Below are positions 36,683 through 44,278 of a stretch of DNA of 64,000 nt, one piece after another. The stretch covers positions 7,122 through 71,121 of the forward strand of contig CBDBBW010000007.1 of NCBI GenBank assembly GCA_965203225.1, read 5' to 3'. Position numbers and translations under genes: made by a program. The first letter of the stretch is position 1. Every line of letters starts with the position of its first letter. Source of the DNA: Bdellovibrionales bacterium (GTDB lineage: Bacteria; Bdellovibrionota; Bdellovibrionia; Bdellovibrionales; UBA1609). A model generated the notes under the pieces. It had not been told where the DNA came from and did not search any database. It saw nothing but the letters and a program-made list of their open reading frames with translations.

Positions 36683-36962
36683 CTGGATGAAAACAAAGCC
36701 AACAACTCAATTCCAAAAGAAAAAAAGTTTTATTCAGGAGTTAAAAATTTTAAAAACAGTTTTAAACTGGTATAAAAATTTTCTGAATGAAGACTTTAAT
36801 GTGCCTATAAAAGAAAAGCATAAACAGCTTTTCATTCTTAGACTTAAAACCCTTAGGGGGCCGGATTATTTTATTCAGCCTGAAGATGTTAAAAAAATGG
36901 GTGGAAAAGATTTGGTGCCCGCGGAGGGAGTCTGTTTGAAAAACAAAAAAAATTTTAAATAA
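36657..36962 (+). pseudogene. Possible N-terminal remnant of a tyrosine recombinase/integrase (weak call)
   Basis: 101-aa ORF abutting the right att-like repeat. ELKILKTVLNWYKNFLNEDFNVPI ... RGPDYFIQPEDVKKM loosely resembles an integrase SAM-like N-domain and linker. There is no catalytic domain. Confidence 0.3.
36912..36928. repeat. Right copy of the exact 17-bp direct repeat (att-like)
   Basis: ttggtgcccgcggaggg, identical to 25570-25586. Confidence 0.7.
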
Positions 36963-36967
36963 CTTCC

Positions 36968-37711
36968 TCATCTTCCCTGTGATTTTTGTCTTCGTTTTAA
37001 GCGATCAAACTTTTTTTCCACTTTCTCTGTCCATTTTTTATAATTATTGAAAATAGTATCCGTATCCCCCGGCTCCTGGACAGGCCCTATATGGAGATAC
37101 ATTTTCCCCGGCAGAGGAAACTTTTTTCCCTTTGGCCATAACCGCCTGGTTTTTCTCAAATAAAGAAATAAAACCGGTGTATTGGTTTTGGTGGAAAAAA
37201 GACCTACTCCGTTTTTAAAGCGTCTGAGAGAACCGTCCGTCGATCGGGTTCCTTCGGGAAACATAACTATCCATATTCTCTTCAAATCAGTTAATAAATT
37301 AATGCACTTTTTAACTGAATCGGTTTTTTTAGCTGACCGATCAAGAGGAATAGCCCCTAAAAAATATTTGGAAAAAAAACGCAAAAACCGGGTATTGAAC
37401 CAATAATCCCTGGCGGCCAGGATATAAAGATCCATCCAGTGAGAAAAAGGAATGGAAGTCAAAATAGCCGGGCCGTCCAAATGACTGGCATGATTGGATA
37501 TAATAATCAGCTTGGGATACTTTTTATAAAAGCCTTTGAACTTGCCCTTGACCTTCAGTCGTATGTAAAACTTAAAAACCAGCCGCAAAAAAAAGGCCCA
37601 TAAACCTCTAGTAAATAAATGACCTGATATTTTTTCATAATCAAACATATCCCAAATATTAGGCTCATCCAACAGGTCCTGTTCCATTTTATCGTCTTTT
37701 ACTTCCGGCAT
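36968..37711 (-). CDS. plsC: 1-acyl-sn-glycerol-3-phosphate acyltransferase family protein
   Basis: Acyltransferase motifs NHASHLDG (HX4D) and FPEGTRS. Confidence 0.85.
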   Translation of the reverse strand: MPEVKDDKMEQDLLDEPNIWDMFDYEKISGHLFTRGLWAFFLRLVFKFYIRLKVKGKFKGFYKKYPKLIIISNHASHLDGPAILTSIPFSHWMDLYILAARDYWFNTRFLRFFSKYFLGAIPLDRSAKKTDSVKKCINLLTDLKRIWIVMFPEGTRSTDGSLRRFKNGVGLFSTKTNTPVLFLYLRKTRRLWPKGKKFPLPGKMYLHIGPVQEPGDTDTIFNNYKKWTEKVEKKFDRLKRRQKSQGR

Positions 37712-37825
37712 ATTTTTCTCTTTGGTTTTTTTCCTTATATATCATATCTATGTAATTCACTCAAAATACACAACCACTAAAAGTTTATCTTGAGCTTGAA
37801 TCCATTTAGTTTTAAAAGAACCTAT

Positions 37826-39046
37826 ATGAAATGTTTATTATTGGAAGGCATTCATACTACGGCCGGAGAGAAGTTAAACACTCAAGGGCTACAGGTGGAA
37901 TTGGCCAAGTCCGATCTCAGCGGGGAAGAGCTTTTAAAAAAAAGCTGTACTGCTTTGGGTGTCCGCTCCCGCACCTTCATCACAAAGGAGACCCTAAAAG
38001 CCCTTTGCCCCTCTCTCAGGGTGATTGGAGCTTTTTGCATCGGTACGGATCAAATTGATTTGAAGACAGCCAGTCAAATGGGAGTGCCGGTTTTTAACGC
38101 CCCTTATGGAAATACAAGAAGCGTCGCGGAGTTGGTGATTTCACATATCATTGCCCTTTCCCGTCAAAGCTACAGCTTTAATCAGATAATGCACCAGGGA
38201 ATATGGAATAAAACCGCTAAAGGAAGCCGGGAAGTCAGGGGAAAAACACTGGGTATTGTGGGATACGGGCATATAGGCACACAAGTCAGCATACTGGCGG
38301 AATCCATAGGAATGAAAGTTCTTTATTTTGATATTATTGAAACCCTGCCCATAGGAAACGCCCAACCGGTAAAAAACCTCAAGGAGCTAATGAGCCTTTC
38401 TGACTTTGTGACATTACATATCCCCAAAACCACCGCGACAACAAACATGATACAGAAAAAACAGCTAAAATGGATGAAAAAAGGCTCTTTCCTCATTAAT
38501 ACCAGCCGTGGCACGGTGGTCAGCTTGGAGGATCTGAAGAATGCACTTTTGGAAAACGAATTGGCTGGCGCCGCACTGGATGTGTTCGCAGAAGAACCGC
38601 AAAAAAAACAAAGCATTTTTACCTGCCCCCTACAAGGGATGAAACAGGTGATCCTCACTCCCCATGTGGCCGGCAGTACGGAGGAAGCACAGGAAAATAT
38701 CGCCCGACAGGTCAGCTCCTCTATCACAAAATATCTTTTTCACGGAATATCCGAGGGCGCAGTCAACTTTCCTGTGCTAAATCCCCCCCCTTTGAGTTCT
38801 ATGAGCAAATGCCAAAGGTTAGTGAATATACATAAAAATATTCCCGGGGTGTTAGGGAATATCAATGGTTTGGTATCCCGGCTGAAAATCAATATTCAAA
38901 GCCAGTATCTGGCAACCAAAGAGAATATAGGCTATTTAATTATGGATATGGAACATAAAAACACAAACCAGCTTTTTAAGGCCATTGACTCGTTGGATAC
39001 TTCCATTCGCACTTATACTCTGCCGGCTGAAGGCAAATCCATATAA
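37826..39046 (+). CDS. serA: D-3-phosphoglycerate dehydrogenase with C-terminal ACT domain
   Basis: NAD-binding GIVGYGHIGTQV, catalytic-region TPHVAGST, ~80-aa C-terminal regulatory domain. ATG 37826 is preferred over the upstream TTG. Confidence 0.9.
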   Translation: MKCLLLEGIHTTAGEKLNTQGLQVELAKSDLSGEELLKKSCTALGVRSRTFITKETLKALCPSLRVIGAFCIGTDQIDLKTASQMGVPVFNAPYGNTRSVAELVISHIIALSRQSYSFNQIMHQGIWNKTAKGSREVRGKTLGIVGYGHIGTQVSILAESIGMKVLYFDIIETLPIGNAQPVKNLKELMSLSDFVTLHIPKTTATTNMIQKKQLKWMKKGSFLINTSRGTVVSLEDLKNALLENELAGAALDVFAEEPQKKQSIFTCPLQGMKQVILTPHVAGSTEEAQENIARQVSSSITKYLFHGISEGAVNFPVLNPPPLSSMSKCQRLVNIHKNIPGVLGNINGLVSRLKINIQSQYLATKENIGYLIMDMEHKNTNQLFKAIDSLDTSIRTYTLPAEGKSI

Positions 39047-39132
39047 CCGGGCCAAAATAAAAAACCTCTCACCGGCTGAAGGCAACATCAAATCCATATA
39101 ACCGGGCCAAAATAAAAAACCTCTTGCCGGCT
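39022..39132. repeat. Tandem duplication (49/54-bp units) of the serA 3' end, filling the serA/recombinase convergent spacer
   Basis: ccggctgaaggcaa(catca)atccatataaccgggccaaaataaaaaacctct x2, plus a third partial start (tgccggct). Confidence 0.9.
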
Positions 39133-40200
39133 TTACTTTTCAGAACTTCCAAAAGGGTGGCGTGTCTCCAGGAGCCGGCTCAAATGAGATATATGCAGAT
39201 GAGTGTATTTTTGAGTGGCAGAAAGAGATTCATGTCCCAGTAATTCCTGAAGGGATCGCAAATCAGCACCGCTATTCAATAGGTGCGTGGCAAAACTATG
39301 CCTCAAAACATGAGGGCTTAAAGGTTTGTTCAAGCCGGCTTTCCGCCCCCAGTATCTAACTCTGTCATAAGCTTTTCTAAGAGAAAGCCGGGGCTTAAAT
39401 ACAAAACCAACCTGACCCTGTAACGGCCTTAACTGGGTCAGAACCACCTTTGGTAAAGCGCATAACCTCTGCTTTCCCCCTTTTCCCTTGATCCGTAAAG
39501 TGTGTTTTACAAAATCCACCTGCTCCCATCTCAATAAACAAGCTTCACTGATCCTCAAGCCTCCTCCATAAAGAAGCAAAATTAAAATCAAATCCCTTCG
39601 ATCCTCTGCTTTTTTACTGACTTTCAAGCTTTTTTGAATTGTCCGCACCAGACAAAGAGCCTCATCCACAGACAGATAATGAGGCAGGCGGTAAGGAAGC
39701 CGGGGAAGTTTGATCCCCGCTTGTAAATCTCTGCTTATCAAATCCTCCATAAACAGCCATTTAAGAAAAGATTTCACACAGGCGTATTTACGATTTCGGG
39801 TGGCCGGGGAAAAAGAAACCCATTTTTTAAAACTCAATTTAATGCGCTTTTCCAACAAATGATCCAAAAAAGGGAGACTGACTGGATATGAAACACTTAC
39901 CTTTGAAAAATCCGGCTCATCCCGGAGCAGATCAGAGAAGCTGTTTTTATACTTTGTCGAAAAAAGAGACAAGAAGACAGGTGTATCAGAAAGTAAAAAC
40001 TGTCTTAAATCTATACAATAAGATTTAATGGTATTAAATGAATATAATTTATTAAATTCCAAATATTTTAAATAGTTATAAGTATATTGTTTAATTTTTA
40101 TACAATGTATAAATACTTTATAATCATGTTTTTTTATTTTTTTTGTAAAAAAATTACATCTTTTCATTGAAAAATTTTCAAGACTTTGATATAGAAACAA
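39133..40200 (-). CDS. Site-specific tyrosine recombinase, XerC/XerD-like
   Basis: C-terminal HVLRHSFATHLLNSGADLRSLQELLGHESLSATQKYTH signature. The N-terminal region is AT-rich and divergent, so the start is uncertain. Confidence 0.85.
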   Translation of the reverse strand: MFLYQSLENFSMKRCNFFTKKIKKHDYKVFIHCIKIKQYTYNYLKYLEFNKLYSFNTIKSYCIDLRQFLLSDTPVFLSLFSTKYKNSFSDLLRDEPDFSKVSVSYPVSLPFLDHLLEKRIKLSFKKWVSFSPATRNRKYACVKSFLKWLFMEDLISRDLQAGIKLPRLPYRLPHYLSVDEALCLVRTIQKSLKVSKKAEDRRDLILILLLYGGGLRISEACLLRWEQVDFVKHTLRIKGKGGKQRLCALPKVVLTQLRPLQGQVGFVFKPRLSLRKAYDRVRYWGRKAGLNKPLSPHVLRHSFATHLLNSGADLRSLQELLGHESLSATQKYTHLHISHLSRLLETRHPFGSSEK

Positions 40201-40255
40201 TGCGCTGTCTCATAATGAGACGCATCATATTTAACCACGGAAGGAGAAAAGGGAA

Positions 40256-41278
40256 ATGATTCCATACTTAAGCACAGGACAAGGTAACATTTTAATGAGC
40301 GATATAAAAGAAAAAGACTCAGAGAGTAATAAAGATGAATTGATATATTGCTCTGAGGCAATGGAAAAACTGCTTAAAATGACAGACAAAGTGGCTAGAA
40401 CTAGCTCATCTGTACTGATTTCGGGTAATAGCGGAACCGGCAAGGAGATGGTCGCCAGAAGAATACATAATAAAAGTGACAGGAAAAACAAGGAATTTGT
40501 TGTTATCAACTGCAGTTGTTTAAATGAAAACACCATTGAAAGTGAGCTTTTTGGCCATGAAAAAGGCGCTTTTACGGGAGCGGACCGGGAAAAACCGGGT
40601 TTATTGGAAAAAGCCAATGGCGGCACGGTAGTCTTGGATGAAATTGGCGATTTGAAATTAAACTCCCAGACAAAATTACTAAGGCTTTTACAGGAAAATG
40701 AAATATACAAGGTGGGTGGCCGCACTCCCATACGGCTGAATATACGAATTATATGTTGCACGAATAAAAATCTGGCCGAAGAAGTGATTAAAGGTTCTTT
40801 CAGAGAGGACTTGTACTACCGGATCAACACCATTTCTATCATCGTACCTTCTTTGTTCGAGAGGTCAGAGGATATTCCTGTCCTGTTAAAACATTTTCTC
40901 GGCGCGAATGTAGAAATTGAAAAACCGGCGATGGCCGCTTTGATTAATTACAACTGGCCGGGAAATGTCAGAGAGTTAAAAAATCTCTGTGAAAGACTGC
41001 GCATTCTGCAGGATAAAAATATCATCACACAGAATCATTTGCCGGAAGAATTTTTAATGAAAAAAAAGCAATCCGCCATTCCCTACAACCCCAGCATGAC
41101 TCTGGCGGAACTGAACAAGCTGTATATACTGAATGCTCTTGAACACTTTCCCTCCAAAAAACAGGCGGCTAAAGCTTTGGGGATCACGGTAAAAACACTT
41201 TACAACCGCCTGCATGAATACGGCGCTTTTGAAAATTATTCTCTTCATTCATCAGTGCAGATCTCTGCGGAGGCATAA
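40256..41278 (+). CDS. Sigma-54-dependent transcriptional activator lacking an N-terminal sensory domain (PspF-like architecture)
   Basis: Walker A GNSGTGKE, GAFTGA loop, Walker B VVLDEIG, C-terminal HTH KKQAAKALGITVKTLYNRL. Only ~30 aa precede the AAA+ core. Confidence 0.85.
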   Translation: MIPYLSTGQGNILMSDIKEKDSESNKDELIYCSEAMEKLLKMTDKVARTSSSVLISGNSGTGKEMVARRIHNKSDRKNKEFVVINCSCLNENTIESELFGHEKGAFTGADREKPGLLEKANGGTVVLDEIGDLKLNSQTKLLRLLQENEIYKVGGRTPIRLNIRIICCTNKNLAEEVIKGSFREDLYYRINTISIIVPSLFERSEDIPVLLKHFLGANVEIEKPAMAALINYNWPGNVRELKNLCERLRILQDKNIITQNHLPEEFLMKKKQSAIPYNPSMTLAELNKLYILNALEHFPSKKQAAKALGITVKTLYNRLHEYGAFENYSLHSSVQISAEA

Positions 41279-41766
41279 GGACGAATTTTACACCTGCGGA
41301 TGGGACTGAGCAGACACCCTTCACCTTCCATCCGTGGAATGAATGTCGAACAAATAAGCTCTATAATCCGCAAAAGAAATAAAATCCCCGGGAGCAGACG
41401 ATGCAAAGGCCGCCTCCCCCTTTGTGGAACTGATCCAAAGGGCGCCTGGCGGGGTTAAATTTTATCAAGCAGACGATGCAGAGTTTGGCCTCCTCACTTT
41501 GTGAAATTTTCTAATCCACAACAAAAGAAGAAAATCCCCGGAAGCGGATAGCACAAAAATAAGAGAGAACAATTCCCATGAATTGGAGAGTTTATTTTTA
41601 ATTGAAGTTTTCATCCGCTTAAAAACTTTCCGACACAGCAATAGCAGTAAATCAGAAAAACACACAGCCAATCAGATAAAGACATTGCTTCAATTCTAAG
41701 TGGATAAAATATTAAACTAGTTTAAAAATACGAGATTCTCTTATCAATATTGGTTTTAAAAAATAG

Positions 41767-42618
41767 TTACGCTTTCGGATCCAAAGTATCCCTTAAAATC
41801 CCTCCGAAAATATTAAAGCATAACACCACAAACAAAATACAAAGGCCGGGGAAGACCACTAACCACCAAGAATCTGTCATTAAGTCTCTTCCGTCATTTA
41901 TCATCGTGCCCCATTCGGGAAGAGGAGGACTGGCCCCTAAACCCAAAAAACCCAAAGCAGCGATATTCAAAATCCCCTCACTAAAGCCCAACACACCCTG
42001 TACAATCAAAGGTCCGAAAATATTGGGTAAAATATTTTTAAACACCACACGAAAAGGACTCGCGCCAAAACCTCTTAAAGCGGACACATAATCCTTACTT
42101 TTTTCCCTAATGGTCTCTCCGCGGACAATACGAATCACTGCCGGCCAGGCCATAATGTTTACAGCCATCACTGTATTAAAAAGCCCGGAACCCAAAATAG
42201 CTACAATCACAATAGCCAATAAAATACTGGGAAAAGACATCATAATATCCACCACAGCGACCACAACACGATCCAAAAGCCCCCCGCAGTAACCGGCCAA
42301 CAAACCGATTACTGTGCCTGTTACAACAGACAAAAACACCACCATAAAACCCAAGCTTATGGAAATACGAGCGCCATATATCAAACGGGATAAAAAATCC
42401 CTACCCAGATCGTCTGTTCCCAACAAAAATTCCGATTGCCCCCCTTTCATCCAAAAGGGAGGGATTTTCAAAAAATCAGGATGCACTTCAGAAAAAGAAT
42501 AAGGTGCAATCCAGTCTGCCAGTAAAGCCACAATAGAAAAGAACAGCAGAAAAACGAAACTGATTAAAGCCAATTTCCTCGTTTTTATTATAAAAAACAA
42601 TCTCTTCAAAAAAAACAT
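41767..42618 (-). CDS. dppC: Peptide ABC transporter permease (DppC/OppC type)
   Basis: 6-TM BPD-transport permease with N-terminal OppC-like segment and EAA-loop region. Confidence 0.85.
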   Translation of the reverse strand: MFFLKRLFFIIKTRKLALISFVFLLFFSIVALLADWIAPYSFSEVHPDFLKIPPFWMKGGQSEFLLGTDDLGRDFLSRLIYGARISISLGFMVVFLSVVTGTVIGLLAGYCGGLLDRVVVAVVDIMMSFPSILLAIVIVAILGSGLFNTVMAVNIMAWPAVIRIVRGETIREKSKDYVSALRGFGASPFRVVFKNILPNIFGPLIVQGVLGFSEGILNIAALGFLGLGASPPLPEWGTMINDGRDLMTDSWWLVVFPGLCILFVVLCFNIFGGILRDTLDPKA

Positions 42619-43647
42619 TTACACCTTTTCATAATTCAACCCTCCGCTTATACGCGGATCCACTTTTAAATAAAGAACATCCACCAGAAGATTTACCATA
42701 ATAATAATTAAGGCAATTAATAAAATGCCTCCTTGTAAGACAGGATAATCCCTGGCCAGTACTGCCTGCACGAGCCACTTTCCCACACCCGGCCAGGAAA
42801 ACACGGTCTCCGTCAAAACCGCACCAGCCAATAGAGAACCCATCATTAAACCTGTCACTGTAACAATGGAAATCAAGGCATTCCTGAAAGCATGGACAAA
42901 ATAAACCCGATAAAACCCCAGACCTTTTCCCTTGGCTGTACGAATAAAATCCTCTTTAAACACCTCTAACAAACTAAAGCGGGTCATGCGGGTAATATAG
43001 GCTAAAGGAATCGTCCCCAAAGTTAACACAGGCAATATCAAATGTTTTAACCCACTTTTAAAAGCCGACCATTTTTCCGGGCCGAACCAGACATCCACCA
43101 GCATTAAACCCGTAAACAATTCCACTTCATATAAAACATCCATCCGGCCGGAAACGGGAGTCAGGCCCAGATAAACAGAAAACAAAAGAATTAAAATCAA
43201 GCCCCACCAGAAAACCGACATGGAATAACCAAGCAAAGAAAAACCGGTGCCAACAAAATCCCAAAAGGAGTTCACCTTATAGGCTGATAAAAAACCCAAA
43301 GGAATGCCTACAAACAAAGCAAATAGCAAAGCAAAAAAAGAAAGCTCTACGGTGGCAGGGAAGTGATGCTTAAACTCCTCCCACACCGGTTGACCGGAAA
43401 TAAGAGAATGGCCAAGGTCTCCTGTCATTCCATGAGAGATAAAAAGAAAATATTGCTCATACCAGGGACGATCCAAACCCCACTTGGCCATAAGCTCCTT
43501 TTTTAACTTCGGGTCCACCCCTCTTTCCCCGAGGAGATGGTCCACTGAATCCCCTGGAATCAAACGAACAATAAAAAAAACTAAAAGAGTGCAAATCAGT
43601 AAAGTGGGAACAATGAACAGAAGACGATGATACAAAAAATAAAGCAT
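42619..43647 (-). CDS. dppB: Peptide ABC transporter permease (DppB/OppB type)
   Basis: N-terminal RLIPGD motif and permease core. Abuts dppC with no gap. Confidence 0.85.
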   Translation of the reverse strand: MLYFLYHRLLFIVPTLLICTLLVFFIVRLIPGDSVDHLLGERGVDPKLKKELMAKWGLDRPWYEQYFLFISHGMTGDLGHSLISGQPVWEEFKHHFPATVELSFFALLFALFVGIPLGFLSAYKVNSFWDFVGTGFSLLGYSMSVFWWGLILILLFSVYLGLTPVSGRMDVLYEVELFTGLMLVDVWFGPEKWSAFKSGLKHLILPVLTLGTIPLAYITRMTRFSLLEVFKEDFIRTAKGKGLGFYRVYFVHAFRNALISIVTVTGLMMGSLLAGAVLTETVFSWPGVGKWLVQAVLARDYPVLQGGILLIALIIIMVNLLVDVLYLKVDPRISGGLNYEKV

Positions 43648-43826
43648 AAAAACCGGTCTTCCTTACAAGGATCTATAGGGTGGTAGCGGAGGAATTATCA
43701 ATGACGCAAAAGAGCGATTATTACTCTATGTAAAGTTAAATTAATTGGATTATACATTTTACCATCTGTCAACTCGGCTTGCGCCGCTATTCTCTGAATG
43801 ATAAAATATTCCTTTTACAAGGAAAA

Positions 43827-44021
43827 ATGAGCATTAAACAAAAAACTTCAAAAGACTTTTTAATATTTATTATTATTATTGTCATAATATTGTTTGTGAT
43901 ATTTTTATATATTAATTGCAATACAACAAGAATTATAAGAGCGCCCGGACTGGTTCCAAATCCCGATGGGTGTAAAATAACATTTGAAAACGGGGAGTGC
44001 GCCGAGCCTGGTTCTTTTTGA
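43827..44021 (+). CDS. Small hypothetical single-TM protein (64 aa)
   Basis: AAGGA RBS 4 nt before the ATG. One poly-Ile TM segment and a Cys-containing C-terminus. Lies on the opposite strand between dppA and dppB. Confidence 0.35.
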   Translation: MSIKQKTSKDFLIFIIIIVIILFVIFLYINCNTTRIIRAPGLVPNPDGCKITFENGECAEPGSF

Positions 44022-44031
44022 TTGCATTGCT

Positions 44032-44275
44032 CTGTTCCGAATAAATACTCAGCAATTTAATTACTATTTTCAATAACTAAAAAACTCTTTGAACCGGAAT
44101 AAACTTTATAAATAATCCGCTGTTCAATATAAATACTCAGCAATTTAATTACTATTTTCAATAACTAAAAAACTCTTTGAACCGGAATAAACTTTATAAA
44201 TAATCCGCTGTTTAATTACTATTTTCAATAACTAAAAAACTCTTTGAACCGGAATAAACTTTATAAATAATCCGC
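44032..44275. repeat. Tandem repeat (units ~89, 89 and 66 bp) immediately downstream of dppA
   Basis: Each unit ends ...aataatccg and the next begins ctgtt, copying the junction at the dppA stop codon (ctgttcaattttta...). Confidence 0.9.
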
Positions 44276-44278
44276 TGT

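Larger units (their letters stand above)
25570..36928. mobile_element. Putative degraded integrative genomic island (~11.4 kb)
   Basis: Bounded by the exact 17-bp direct repeat. Visibly lower G+C than the flanks. Cargo: Type III R-M plus 2 unknown genes, a Sel1 protein, several gene relics and a possible integrase remnant at the right end. Confidence 0.5.
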
